A DNA stretch of 64,000 nt from positions 5,022,001-5,086,000 of the forward strand of contig CM035360.1 of the NCBI GenBank assembly GCA_020137815.1, given 5' to 3'. This DNA comes from Hormiphora californensis (taxonomy: Eukaryota; Animalia; Ctenophora). Positions 14,717 to 28,094 of the stretch are shown in pieces (position 1 is the stretch's first letter; each line of letters starts with the position of its first letter). The notes under the pieces are model-generated. The model was not told where the DNA came from and did not search any database. It was given only the letters and a program-made list of their open reading frames with translations. Made by a program: the position numbers and the translations under genes.

Positions 14717-15522
14717 TAAAGAGATCATAGAAGGAAGGAAGCCCCTCAATTGCACCCGATCAGACACACGTGCAAGGTGCACCTGACGTGTGTGGTGGTA
14801 ATTCCTATCCTGAACTGATCAACGTTTAATTATTGACAAGGACACCTTGCCCCATCTCATCCCCCCCCCCCAGAGTTCTGACAGGGACCGTCAACAGGGT
14901 GTTTGGGAGCTCTGATAGGGACCGCTCTGACAGATTAGAGGGAGGGAGGAGGGAGGGAGCATTAGCCCAACTCTGTGTAATGGGCAGTATCATATCGAGA
15001 CCCTATGTTGTGTGAATTGTAATTGGAGGAGGAGAAAGAAAAATGAAATGGAGCAATCTCTAGAGACAGTAAAATGGGTCAGCGCACAAAAATATTTGAG
15101 AACTGTTGCAACATATGTAGCACAAAGTCGCGAAAAACTGTATGGCGGTTGAAAAAGCTGAAAACAAAGTGAAGAAAAATATAGCGTGGAATGCAAAGAA
15201 AGGGAGGAAAAGAAAGATAGAGAGAGAAAGAGAAAGATAGAGAGAGGGAGAGAGAGAGACAAAGAGATCGTTGTGAAAACAAAAAGATTGGCGTAGTGAG
15301 TAGAAATGCACCATCACACTACTACGTTAGTTGCGTACACTCAGTTGAATATCACTCTCTCCATCTCCATCTCTCTCCTTCCTTTCATTGTATATCTTTC
15401 TCATCAGTCGCGTGGGAAACGGAAAGGAGAGAATGAATCTCAACGAAAACAAGGTGTGAAAAACTACCCGCACAGTTCTTTGGAAGTCTATCTCTCCCAT
15501 CTCTCTATGGACTATGACTCTA

Positions 15523-15576
<54 letters not shown>

Positions 15577-16595
15577 TCTCTCCCATCTCTCACGCCGGAT
15601 GCAACAATAACAATTATGCTTCTAGAATGAGTTGTGGGCTGCCAGGGGGGGGGGGGACAAATACCCCAGGAAAAATTACACGATGACGTCACTTTCCTTC
15701 ATTCTTCGACCTCCTCTCTTTATTCCTCTCTCGTTTTATTTCTCTTTGTTTCTCTATTAATATGTCCTCTCTTTATTTCTCTCACATCCTCTCTGTATCC
15801 CAATTTTCAATGCAATTATTGACAGAAATGACAACTGGCATTTTGACACAAAAACACGCGGTATTTAAAGCAGGGATATAGAAAGATAAAATAGAGAAAA
15901 AACGATGGAAAGATATGAAGATATAAAGAGAGAATCCCAGCTCAAGACTCTGCAGGTGTACGTCCTACATATGTAAAGAACACGGAAGCATTCCCACAGG
16001 GAGAAGCTGAAGTACAGTGCGTGGGGTGAAACAAGAAGTGTGGCCGCGGGGATAGAGGAAAGAAGAGAAAAAAAGATAGAAGCCTAGCAAAAGTTTCAGT
16101 TACAAGCTTCGTTAGTAGTTCAAAAATGAATTTTGTCGGAAAAGAACTGAGTCGACACAGGAATCTATATGCTACTTCTTTATAAAAAAACTGAAAGCGA
16201 GATATGAAACTGAAATGAATTGTGTTGACACATTCAATCGAGAAGAAGTAAAGGTGGGTCGAGTTGTTGGAGACACAAAAAAACGCATATTTGGTGAACA
16301 TTTCCCTTCCAATCGAGGGTTATTACTCAATTTAATTAATTTTCCAAAACTAAAGAACTCGAGCTGAGAGGGAGCTTCTCTCACATTCATGGCATAATTC
16401 CAAAACTCTAACTGGGATATTTAGAGATACAACAATGAATATATTCAAAGTGCCACTCAGGAAGACCGTCGTCACCAGCTTAATAATATATACGACCTAG
16501 AATATCCCAATAATATTCCTGTCCTGTTGGGTTCATCACTGAATATTTCCTAATCATGTTTCGTATAATATTTCCTAATCATGTTTCGTATAATA

Positions 16596-17475
16596 TTAGG
16601 CTGTCCAGTATTGATTGTCGTTGGGCTTTTATCGAAAAATGGTTTGAGATAGAGCAAAATGGACTTCACCACCGTTTTTCTCAAGCGATTTTAGATCGGA
16701 ATATGATGCCTGATACTGGTATTTGGTTGTTCTCGGTTCCCACCAGGCTATTTCCTCTACGCCACTCTTTTTGCTGCTGCACGGGGTTACCAATGTTTTT
16801 TAAACGCTGCTGGAAGAAAATTGGTACGGTTTCTTCAGCTCCCGTAGTGCTCAATCGATAGACAATCGTCTAAGGATGAGATATGTATGCGATTTGGGTC
16901 TCTAAGTGTTCACTTATAACCTCTAGAACAGTAGATGTATCATGAAAAAGCGAAAAAGTGCATACAAAAACTGGCCCGTTTTTAAAAACGTCAATTAGTC
17001 ACTTTAAAAGTCAACCAATCACATAATTGGCTTCACTACGTCTTAGAGCTTACTTAGAACTATCTTTTACTGCAGAGTTTTTTATTACAAGTCAATCTTG
17101 GTGAGACCCGGAAGTAAAAGTTTCTAATTTTTACCAAAACTTTTTGGAGGCACATTGCTCAGTGACAAAATAAAGATAGGATATTTTATTACATCTTAAA
17201 CGATAGATAATTGTCCAATGAACAAGCTTGATGCAACAAAACATCACTTAGGTACCATTTTTAAGAAGTACAGCAGTTTTGGTGCTAAAACTCGAAAATC
17301 GCGATTTTTCATATGCAGCGTCAACAAGAGTGGGGTAGAGAAAATAGCCTGCTGGGAACCAAGAACAAGCACATACCGATACCGGGCATCTTATTCCGAT
17401 CCAAAAGTCTATTTTGCTCTATCTCAAACCATTGTCTCATAAAAGCCCAACGACAATCAATACTGGACAGCCTAA
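16596..17475. mobile_element. Tc1/mariner-like MITE with long TIRs (copy 1)
   Basis: TA|TTAGGCTGTCCAGTA...TACTGGACAGCCTAA|TA with extended subterminal inverted similarity; related copy at 53077-53992. Confidence 0.88.
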
Positions 17476-19128
17476 TATTTCCGGCAGAAGAATGCAATAC
17501 TACCGAATGTGATAGGTAGTATAAGAGGCCACTTAGAACTCTAAATAAGGCTGTTAATATTGCTGTTGCAGAAGAACCCGACGACTAGCAAGCACATGAG
17601 CAATTTAATATTTGGCCCCTAGATTTGAATTTCTGGTTCTAACATTGAAATAGTATTTCACCTATAGATACAAAGAGTTCCACTAAAAATTGGAATGATT
17701 TCAAATGGACTTTTGAATGATGAAGTATATAGAGGTTTTGACTTTCTTTGACGAAACTAAAAGGAATGCAAGTTATAAAGAGCATTCCAACGAAAGGAAT
17801 TCTATCAGAAATATAAAGTGATTAATTAACTTCACTGTGAACTTCATAGTTTGATTTCAAGAAAAAGACAAGTCTATCTAAAAGCCTAAAACTAATTTCT
17901 CGTGATTTATGGAGACTATAATATGCAGAATAAAAACGCTGTAAAAACACGAAATGCAAACTATCTACTATGCCAAGCTGGAATGGAACTCGACGAGATA
18001 GTTGTCCCTCCGACAACGAGATAGCGAGATAAGTGGAACATGAGCACTAGGAACGTGAGTTAAATGAATTGCGCCAGAGTCCAGAGATAACAGAGAAGTT
18101 TCCAGAAGAAGGGAGATCTGAGCTACTGCAGCTATCGGGAAGAGTGCAATTGCTATAGAGAGATAGAGATAAAGTGAGAGAGAGGTCTGTGCTGGAGAGA
18201 GATATGCACCATATGAGACAGTGTGACCATGGATCTACACGTGGTGTGCTATATGGCTTCACAAGCTTCACCCACTAGACTAGCTATGATAACCATGTCA
18301 TGATACCCGACCAAAGGGACCGATAAATAGCGGGCCATTGTTTTGGGAATTGGGTATTGATAATAATGCCATGGAGCTATCGGAGGCTGGGCCGCTGGAT
18401 TAAAAACGGCACTGCAGGAATAATTCATTCATGGATTCAAACGGTAAACGTCAAAGCAATGATAAGAAGCGGGATAAAACGAAGTCACTTTGCCACAGCT
18501 TTCCGACCGTTACCACGCTACCATGGATACAAGAGGGGGGAGGGAGAGAGAGATGGAAGAGAGGGGAGAATGAGAGTGAGAGAGATGGAATTTAGATCAG
18601 TGGGCCTGGGAGGGGGGGAAGGTATACAGAGAGAACTGCAAATCACATAATGAGAACAAGGATCTACGAGATGCCGGATCGCGAAAACGGGGCTCTTAAA
18701 TAAGCATGAAACGAGGGACAACGAGAGGCTAAATATGGGAATTTAAAATTAGGTCACGATCGGCACTCGACAGGAAAATATCATATTGCAGCGGTCATGG
18801 TGGTTATCATAAGTTAGGCAGTTGAGCATTAACCACTTTGCAGCTGTTGCAAAGCTCATGAAGATTGAGGAGAGGTGGCATGCCCTAACATGGCGAATTA
18901 CAATAATAATAGTGAGCTCCATGGAGAGAGAGGGAGAGGGAGAGCGAATTACAATAATAATAGTGAGAAATGAAGAGAGAGGGAGGGAAAGGTGGCAATT
19001 CAGGGTAACCTCATAGGGCATCTGTGCAGCTGCGGGGAGTGGTCCGGGTACTAAACAAAACACTTCCGGGAAAGAGATCAGCATGTGTGCTGCTGGTGCA
19101 CTGTGTGGGAGATAGTACAGAGAGGAGG

Positions 19129-19217
<89 letters not shown>

Positions 19218-19479
19218 GAGAGAATAGTGGAGGAGGGTGAACACAATTAGCAGTGGTAGGAAGTGGGTGCTGCGCTCTCTCTCTCTCTCCCTCTCTCCAC
19301 TTCCCAAGAAGGCATACAGCCATTGAGAGTGGTGAACGTGGGGGAAAGGGAGCCCCGGGGAGTCCCCTCCCTGATCCCTCTCCACTCTCTCTCACTCTCT
19401 ATCTTTCTCTCCTTTTCTCTCTCTCTCCCACTCTCTCTCTTTCTCCCCTTCCCCTTTCTATTTCTCCCCTTTGCCTTCT

Positions 19480-20395
19480 ATACCAGATAATATCCAAAAA
19501 TGTTCCCGCCCTTCCCCCTCCCAAGCCCCTCGACCCCTCGGGGGGAAAAATAAAGGGGGGGTAAGGGGTGAGAGGGGAAAGAGGGGAGGGGAGGAAAAAA
19601 AAGGGAGGGGGGAGAAAAAAAGAGAAAGAGAAAAAGGGAGAAAAATTTAAAGAGAGGGATAGGAGAAGAAGAGAGGGGGTCGGTCATTAAAATTGGTCCC
19701 CGTTTTCCAGGGGGTTCCCGCACTGCAATCTACAAACCGGTTTAATGAGTTTAACATCAAAATTTTCCCCCAAAAACAACCTTCGGCTGGAAGAAGGGTG
19801 AGAAAAGGGAAATAAGTGAGGGGGGGGAAAAAAGAGGGCGGGGGGGGAAAGAGCGAAGAGAGGAGAGGGAATACAAAGGGGGAGAGGAGAGAGAGGGAGG
19901 AGAAGGGAAGGAGAAGAAGGAACAGGGAGTCCGGTGCCCCCCCAGGGCCCCCCCCCCCGGGGCCCCCCCCCACCGGTTTTTTCCCCCCCCCCCGGGGCCC
20001 CCCAAAAAAAAACCCGGGGGGGGGGGGCGGGGGGGGGGGCCCCCGGGGGGGGGAAAAAAAGGGGCCCCGGGGGGGCCCCAAAAAGGGGGGGGCCCCTTTC
20101 CCCCCTTTTTTTTTTCCTTTTTTTGGGAAATCCCGGAAAAGGGAAGGGGGGGAACAAGGGGAACCAGGGAAAAATTTTTAAAAAAAGGGAAAAGGGAAAA
20201 AAAGTAGGAAAAGGGAAAAAAGGGGAGGCAAAGGGGGGGTTAAAAAAGGGGGGGGGAAAAAAGGGGGGGGGGGAAAAAAAATAAAAAAAAAAATTGGTTT
20301 TTTTTTTAAAAAAAAAGGGGGGGGGGAAAAATTAAAATTTTTAAACTGGGGGAGAAGGGGGGTGGAAAAAGGAAAAAAAACGAAAAAAAATTTAA
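19480..20395. other. homopolymer-inflated low-quality stretch (probable sequencing/assembly artefact)
   Basis: Almost entirely runs of G, C, A and T, unlike the flanks; begins right after AG/CT tracts. Confidence 0.7.
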
Positions 20396-21578
20396 ACGTT
20401 TGAAACACAGGTTCACATGTAATGGTTTTTGAGCTGGAAATATTAGGGAACATCGATAATAGCTCAGGAATTTTGCTAGAATTATCAGGGATGGCTGGTA
20501 ACGCGTAGGTGGAAAATATATCTTAGAAAGCAAGTTGAAAATATTTTGCGAAAAAAGGCGGGGGAGGCAGGAATCATATTACCTGAAAATTAAAACATAT
20601 AACATGCCTTTTTTAAGTTAATGACAGGAGAAAATTGAGGGAAAAGGGAATGCTCGACAATTGCTGCAGCACTTGACAGCTACTATTCAAGTATGGGGCA
20701 ATAAGTGAGAAAGAGGGATAGGAGGCAGAGAGATAGAGAGACAGAGAGACAAAGAGAGAGGAGGTTCGATCAGGGTTGAGTGTATGAGGAGGAGCTGCGA
20801 GGAGGGTTGTTCTATAATTGGTCAAAGTGCAAAAATACAGAGGGGTATTTTACCATAACAGACAAGATCTGCACTGCCCCCGGGCGATTGGAACCCTAAA
20901 AGAAGAAAGAGAGGGAGAGAGAGAGAAAGAGAGAAGGGGAGAGAAAAAGAGAGAGGGAGGGAGAGAGAGCGGGGGTCAATTTGGAATCCTTTAGCCCGAT
21001 ATACCACTATAACAGCTGTTGCGGGCATGCGACCCTTTACAACCAATTTGTCTCCTCATAAACCTCTTCCTCTCTGTATAAACGTCTGGAACTGTTTCCC
21101 CAACGGTTTTTAGTAATCCCTCGGCTCACGTACTTTACCCAAAATCTTTATGGTAGAAAACCAAGTGGGGGACAGAAAAATGTAAAGGAGAGAGAAACTG
21201 ATAAAAAGTTGTATCAACTGAATAAGTTGAGTTGACATATGTTGCGTGACCTGATAAAAACAAGGAGGAGACAAGCGAATCGCGAATTCATTATGGCAAT
21301 CGATACCAGACAAATTTTAAGAGAATGCTTTAGTAACCAATAGCCATCACTGATGCCGATGGTTGCTATAGCATTCTAAAATTCAATTGACAGATTCCGA
21401 TCATAGGAATCCGATGTAGGGGTGCTCTATTTAGACTCAAAAAGGAGAACTGACCACCAAAGATCGATCTATACTTTGAGAGAGTGACCTAGCCTAGCAA
21501 ATGAAAAGGAAACTAGCACTTTGAGAAATGTGTCACGCTGCGTACAAGGAATATAGCTGTTATAGAGCTCGAGAAGTA

Positions 21579-21715
<137 letters not shown>

Positions 21716-23200
21716 GATAATGTTACTATAAGTAAGAGAGAAGGAGAGGGGGAGGGAATGAGAGGTTCCGGGTTCAATTAATTCTGCAAAATTTAACGTG
21801 CATACACCAGCTCAAATACAATGTATGCAGTGTGCAGGGCTCGAGTCGTCTAATGAATTCTGAACATCCGGCGATAAAAGGAATCTTGGTAGGTGTATAT
21901 AACACTTCAAGTTTTTTGCGCCAGTTCTGGAACCGTATAGCTAGGAATTGTTCGAATCCCTTGCTATAATAATTATACGAGAAGTTCTTGGAGGACAGAG
22001 AAAGGCCATTAGTTGTAAGGGCGGGGTAGCTATATGGTTGATTTATTCAGCTTATATAACTCTCTACTACTAGCTATAAAGAACAATACCATAAAACCAA
22101 GATGCGTGAGGTTGACCTTTTCCTAGAATTATTCAGCCCTTATAGCCTTATACGAATTGTTCTATACGAAGGCCTTTCGATTCTTCAATTCTAAAAGAGA
22201 TGGAGAGAGAGGAAGAGAAATGTTAGACTAGTAAAGTGGTTATTGATCATGGTGGTTATTAAAGTGATTACCCACGCACAGTATTGGGGTAGAAATATAA
22301 GGGTCAGTACTGTTAAACCACGCATGCGCTACTCACTACCTAACCAAAGAACATTTAAACCATTAGATTTTTGAGGGAAAGAAATAAGCTAGTTCGTGCA
22401 ATGGGGAGAGAGATAGATAGAGAAGAATGAGGGAGAGAGGGGGGGGGGGATTGAGAAATCTAAGAATGAAGATCAGCTAATTCAGAGCTTATAACACCAA
22501 GTTAAATATTCTTATCCATCATTTTGTGACAAAAAGGAGATTTATCGGACAAATTACAGCTCTAAAAGTGGCAAGATTGCGTAGTTTTACTAGTTTTATA
22601 GGCAATAAAGTGACGGGCAAGGAAATCACGGAACTACCTATACTGTATCTTATCGAGCGTGCATAAACTCCTTATTTGAGGATTATAAAAGTGTTACCTA
22701 TAGTTGTCAAACAATCCACCATAGTTGCTGCAAACTTAAAAATCTGCTCAATCTGAGACTATCAAGCTAATTTTTTGCCTTGTTCGACCCTCTTTTGAAC
22801 AAAACAACTAATTTTATAGGGGATGCAGCTTTTGTGAGCTTGTTTTATTGAAGGGGTTAGTTGCATGTGAATACACCTTAACGCACACCCCTCTCTCTTA
22901 TATAAAGTACTGGATATCAAAGAGATAAAAATAGCTAGATTGTTGACAAGCTGTGCCTGTTAAAATCTTTGGAAATTCTGAGCTATATGCTTCCATTTAT
23001 AGAATTCTTTACAGGGGTTAACGTACGAATTCTATTTTAAATTGGAGTATTTATATGGAATCGTCCGGTATTGTATACCGTTCAATTCAGTTTGTATGCT
23101 TAGTAAAACTTCCTTTTTCCGTGAAAATTTGCTGGTTACTTATAAAACGAATAACTAGACCGGAGACCTGCTAAATCTGGCACTTTTATATTCCACACTC

Positions 23201-23355
23201 CACAGTAAGCTACTTTTATAGTCCATGACAGTAAGCTACTTTTATAGTCCACAGTAAGCTACTTTTATATTCCACAGTAAGCTACTTTTATAGTCCACAG
23301 TAAGCTACTTTTATAGTTCACAGTAAGCTACTTTTATAGTCCATGACAGTAAGCT
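23201..23355. repeat. minisatellite, 22-25-bp unit ACAGTAAGCTACTTTTATAGTCC x~7
   Basis: Visible tandem copies. Confidence 0.9.
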
Positions 23356-24058
23356 ATATAATACAGCATCAGTCTGGGCGTGCCACATGTCGCGGTACAC
23401 AAAACTTAGATACGGTTAATGGAGAAACAATACAAAGCGAATAAAGAGAAACAAAAAGATAGTGAGAGAGATAGCGAGGGGTATAGTGAGAAAGAGAGGG
23501 AGGGAAAGATCAATTTAATCCGAAATATTGCCCCCGGTTTCTCTGCTTGTTGCATGTTAATGGGTAGAATAGGGGATCACGGCGTAGAGCCAAGAAACCC
23601 AGGTTGTATGATATAAAGTGACAAATGGGAATCATCACACAATCCCACGTGATCTCAAATGAGCGACTTGCCGACTATGGGGTGAGTCACTTTCCCTCAT
23701 TCTCTCTATCGTTCTCTCTCCCTCTCTCACTTTCGGAAAGTGAGAGAGGGAGAACTTTCCGGCAGTATCTCATCAGTCATCAACATCAGTAAAAGGGTAA
23801 GATAACCTGGGGTTCAATCAATTGTCGGCTCATGATGATGAAGTGGCTTAAATGTTGCTGTGGGATATACTGGGCAAAATTACTGATATAGTTGCGAGAT
23901 GGGATAGGGGAACAGAGAGATAGAAAGAGAGAGAAAGTGAGAGAGGGAGAGAGAGGGAGATAGGGAGAGATCAGAGCGATGGGCCACAGGAAATGAAGTG
24001 GCTAATAGTTCTGCACAGAATGTGCGCCGTTGCACGAAGCTCACCTTCCGTTTTCTCT

Positions 24059-24252
24059 CCCTCCATCTCTTCATTTCTCCATCTCTCTCCCTCCTTCCAT
24101 TTCTCTATCTCTCTCCCTCCATCTCTTCATTTCTCCATCTCTCTCCCTCCATCTCTTCATTTCTCCATCTCTCTCCCTCCTTCCATTTCTCTATCTCTCT
24201 CCCTCCATCTCTTCATTTCTCCATCTCTCTCCCTCCTTCCATTTCTCTATCT
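24059..24252. repeat. pyrimidine-rich minisatellite (CCCTCCATCTCTTCATTTCTCCATCTCTCT units)
   Basis: Visible tandem copies. Confidence 0.8.
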
Positions 24253-24614
24253 TTTTCTCTATCCCTCCCTCTAACTCTACGTTTTAAAAAGATCTAGAAG
24301 AAATTGGAACTAAATGCATTTGCGCTGTTTCCCATACTGAAATATAAAATTTGTAAAAATTATAAAACTACTTCTACTTTACTAAATACATATAAGGGAT
24401 GAAATTTGCCTTACTTGACCCTGTTTCCCTCGGTCATAATTAATATTAATATAAAAAGGGTTTGAACAAAACAAGGAGGCAATATATCCACAAGATTTGT
24501 CAAGAGGTAAATGCTGCATTGAGAGAGAGAGAGAGAGAGAGAGAATATCATAGTTAGAGTTGAGGAGGAAGGTTAGGCAACAGCAGTGAAACTGCTCACA
24601 CATTGGAGAGAGAT

Positions 24615-24685
<71 letters not shown>

Positions 24686-24940
24686 CACGCACTGCCTAAA
24701 GATGATGTCATTTACTCACTGTACAAAAAGCTGTAAACCAACACACGACACGCACGGCCTATGTGTCGTATCTTGATTTTCAGAACTAAAACAAAAAACT
24801 TTGGTTGAGGTTGACAGGGATAGGAAATCAAAAATAAAGTTTGGGTCATTGCTATCCCTGTTTTGTCAGCCCTAGAGAAGGGCTAAGATAGACCTACATT
24901 GTCACGATACACTTCACAAACTTCCAGTCTAGATCAGTTA

Positions 24941-25022
24941 CAGTCGGACCCCGATTTACCGGCATGCTCGGGGAAAGGGTTTTGCCCGGTAAATCGGGGC
25001 CCGGTAAATCGGGGTCCGACTG
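24941..25022. mobile_element. 82-bp pogo/Tigger-like (Tc1/mariner superfamily) mini-MITE
   Basis: TA|CAGTCGGACCCCGATTTACCGG...CCGGTAAATCGGGGTCCGACTG|TA; same TIR as 39787-40659. Confidence 0.88.
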
Positions 25023-25405
25023 TATAACAAAGGCCAAATAAAATAAAAGGGTTTCATCAATGACTAACAATATTTCACGATAGACTAGAATTCTACTAGC
25101 CTTGCTCGACCCTGTTTCCCGCGCCCCGGGAACATAACAAAATTTCACTACAACTTCACACAAACTATGTAGAATGTAGCCTTATTGCGATGGGCCTGGT
25201 GGGGAATATAATTTAAATAGACATCTCTCTATATATCTCTCTCTATCTCTCTCTGCAGCTTGTGAAAGCAAGGCACGGCACAAGCCATGATTGGTGTAAT
25301 TTATTCGCTCATGCAGCACATACCCACATACACACCTAAATCATATTACATTATGAGCTCATAATATGTCCATGGAACAAATAAAAACAAGGAAGTTTAG
25401 TTCAA

Positions 25406-25450
25406 CAGTTTACACATGTTTCAATACAAAATTGTATTTCATCAGAACTG
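25406..25450 (-). ncRNA. minimal hammerhead ribozyme (inverted pLTR copy)
   Basis: Reverse complement of 27224-27268. Confidence 0.8.
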
Positions 25451-26206
25451 AATCACACTTGTCCCGTTCCAGGTTTCTTGCTTGCTCCTTCATAAAGCCA
25501 TCCAATTAGAGATTGTATTTCTTGTGATGTCTGCAACTACCCATGATCTCGCTTCTCCGGTTTAGGAGTTGGTGGTTCCTGGACTCCATCAAAATCTCCA
25601 TCTTCTCGGTAGTGCACAGGTCACAGAACCGATCCCCAATTCTGTACGGTCTTCCCTTTTTCCTTACTTTCCAAGTGATCCCGAATGTGATCCCCCTGTC
25701 CTTCAACTCCCACACCTTTTCAGACAGCCTTGTAGATGTTCTTTTTTCGGAGTTGTTGAATGTGTGCTTGTGCTGGCTGAATCGGGTTTTAAATGAGTTC
25801 CCTGTTAACCCGATGTAGAGAAATTTCTGGTTGCAGCTGGTCTTCAGTTGAGCTTCGTATACCAATGATTCGGTGAGGCACTTTCCATCCAATGGACAAC
25901 TTCCCTTGTCCTTACAGTTGCATAATTTATCAGGCACATCTGTTGGTTTCGGGCCCCCATGTGTGAGTTTTTTGTTGTGGGCCTTTATCCTCGATTCCAT
26001 GTTTTTCATGCAACTGTATGATACCTTGAGAGTGTTTTTGTTGAAGATCTGGCTGTAAATGTGTCCTGCTGGAAAGTGCCTTGCCACTAAACCAAGAAAC
26101 TTTCGTCCCAGGTCCGTTTCAACATCCACAGAAAATGGTGGGTTAAACCATATTACCCTTCGCCGTCCTTTCCTTTTCTTTTTCCCTTTTCTCGCCACGT
26201 CTTTAT

Positions 26207-27168
26207 CAATGCCATCGGAGTACATCAACTTTCTTGACACCACGATGAGAAATGATGGTACATTCATGCCATTTCGCAAGGATGGAAAAACCTCGAATTA
26301 TGTTCATAGCTCATCCAACCATCCGCCAACTGTGCTGAAGAACATCCCTGACATGGTAATGGATCGCATAAGACGATTGTCATCCAGTCCAAGTGCTTTC
26401 CAAGCGGCACGATATCACTACCAAGGAGCTTTGGAGCAGAGTGGTTACAAGGGCTTCTCAACGGAATATAAAGACGTGGCGAGAAAAGGGAAAAAGAAAA
26501 GGAAAGGACGGCGAAGGGTAATATGGTTTAACCCACCATTTTCTGTGGATGTTGAAACGGACCTGGGACGAAAGTTTCTTGGTTTAGTGGCAAGGCACTT
26601 TCCAGCAGGACACATTTACAGCCAGATCTTCAACAAAAACACTCTCAAGGTATCATACAGTTGCATGAAAAACATGGAATCGAGGATAAAGGCCCACAAC
26701 AAAAAACTCACACATGGGGGCCCGAAACCAACAGATGTGCCTGATAAATTATGCAACTGTAAGGACAAGGGAAGTTGTCCATTGGATGGAAAGTGCCTCA
26801 CCGAATCATTGGTATACGAAGCTCAACTGAAGACCAGCTGCAACCAGAAATTTCTCTACATCGGGTTAACAGGGAACTCATTTAAAACCCGATTCAGCCA
26901 GCACAAGCACACATTCAACAACTCCGAAAAAAGAACATCTACAAGGCTGTCTGAAAAGGTGTGGGAGTTGAAGGACAGGGGGATCACATTCGGGATCACT
27001 TGGAAAGTGAGGAAAAAGGGAAGACCGTACAGAATTGGGGATCGGTTCTGTGACCTGTGCACTACCGAGAAGATGGAGATTTTGATGGAGTCCAGGAACC
27101 ACCAACTCCTAAACCGGAGAAGCGAGATCATGGGTAGTTGCAGACATCACAAGAAATACAATCTCTAA
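26207..27168 (+). CDS. Penelope-like RT C-terminus plus GIY-YIG endonuclease (partial)
   Basis: INFLD / SNHPP thumb motifs, WFNPPFS, CNC...CPLDGKCL, LVYEA...YIGLT...FKTRFSQH, CDLC, LLNRRSE, CRH. Confidence 0.9.
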
Positions 27169-27223
27169 TTGGATGGCTTTATGAAGGAGCAAGCAAGAAA
27201 CCTGGAACGGGACAAGTGTGATT

Positions 27224-27268
27224 CAGTTCTGATGAAATACAATTTTGTATTGAAACATGTGTAAACTG
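27224..27268 (+). ncRNA. minimal type I hammerhead ribozyme in Penelope pLTR
   Basis: CAGTT-CTGATGA-AATACA(ATTT)TGTATT-GAAA-C-ATGT-GTA-AACTG: helix I CAGTT/AACTG, conserved core, helix II, minimal helix III; predicted cut after GUA (27263). Confidence 0.85.
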
Positions 27269-27462
27269 TTGAACTAAACTTCCTTGTTTTTATTTGTAAA
27301 CAGCTCCTCCTGGTGAGTAGAGCACTATCCGAGGCAAGGACAATCAGCTATATGTCCATGGAACAATTAAATGTAACCATGGTAACATGCTTGTCTTGTT
27401 CAGACTCTTGCGCGGCCGAACGGTTCATTTGAATACTAGATACAGATGTCAATATGTCATCA

Positions 27463-28094
27463 TCATACTATTATTAAAGCAAATAGGGAAATCCCATGTC
27501 CCGTTTTTTTAACCAAATATGGCACAAAATTCCTGGAAATGGCCTTTTGCACGTGTTGTCCCTAGAGGGACCCTGGCAACCTGCCAGCTTGAGCCTTAAA
27601 CTGCACGTGCATCCTTGATTCATCTCTCTGCCGGTTGTGTGCTTGATCGTTTGCTCGATTTGATCTGTTCACCACGTTTCGTGAACATGACTACTCAACT
27701 TCAACACAATCGCCAGTGAGTTTGGAGGAGCCATATGTCCCAAACTGGCGTTGACGCCTATAGACTACGTGATAGAATCCTACAAAAGAGGTGATTATTA
27801 TTCAAAAAAAGTTGTCAACACACGTAATAACAAAGTATCAATGGCACTAATAAGAAATGACAGTAATACGTGAAAGTATTTTGGAGATGGTGTGAACAAT
27901 GAAAGTATTTTGCCAATGTACTCCTTCATAAAATACTTCAGGACCTGGCAAAAGAGGACCCGTGGTTTTTCTGTTGAAAGAATCCCTGTGGTTAATTTAC
28001 TGATTTTATAAATTTCAAATGATACTACACTATTTGCTTAGTTTACTGTATGACCATCCCTGACATTCGCCCGTAGGGCGAGCGGGCTTACTAG
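27463..28094 (+). mobile_element. non-autonomous Helitron
   Basis: 5' A|TCATACTATTATTAAAG; 3' GC hairpin TCGCCCGTAGGGCGA followed 9 nt later by CTAG|T; no TSD. Confidence 0.72.

Larger units (their letters stand above)
25377..27349 (+). mobile_element. 5'-truncated Penelope-like retroelement with inverted 5' pseudo-LTR
   Basis: 25377-26206 is the reverse complement of 26468-27297. It encodes an RT thumb plus GIY-YIG endonuclease. Flanking direct repeat ATATGTCCATGGAACAA at 25364-25380 and 27350-27366. Confidence 0.93.

Noticed and set aside
19647-20533. Pro/Gly/Lys-rich ORFs
   Set aside because: They arise from the homopolymer-rich, probably erroneous block.
25506-26279. Second, divergent GIY-YIG gene on the minus strand
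   Set aside because: It is the inverted pLTR copy of the Penelope 3' end; the N-terminal parts of both ORFs are antisense junction read-through.
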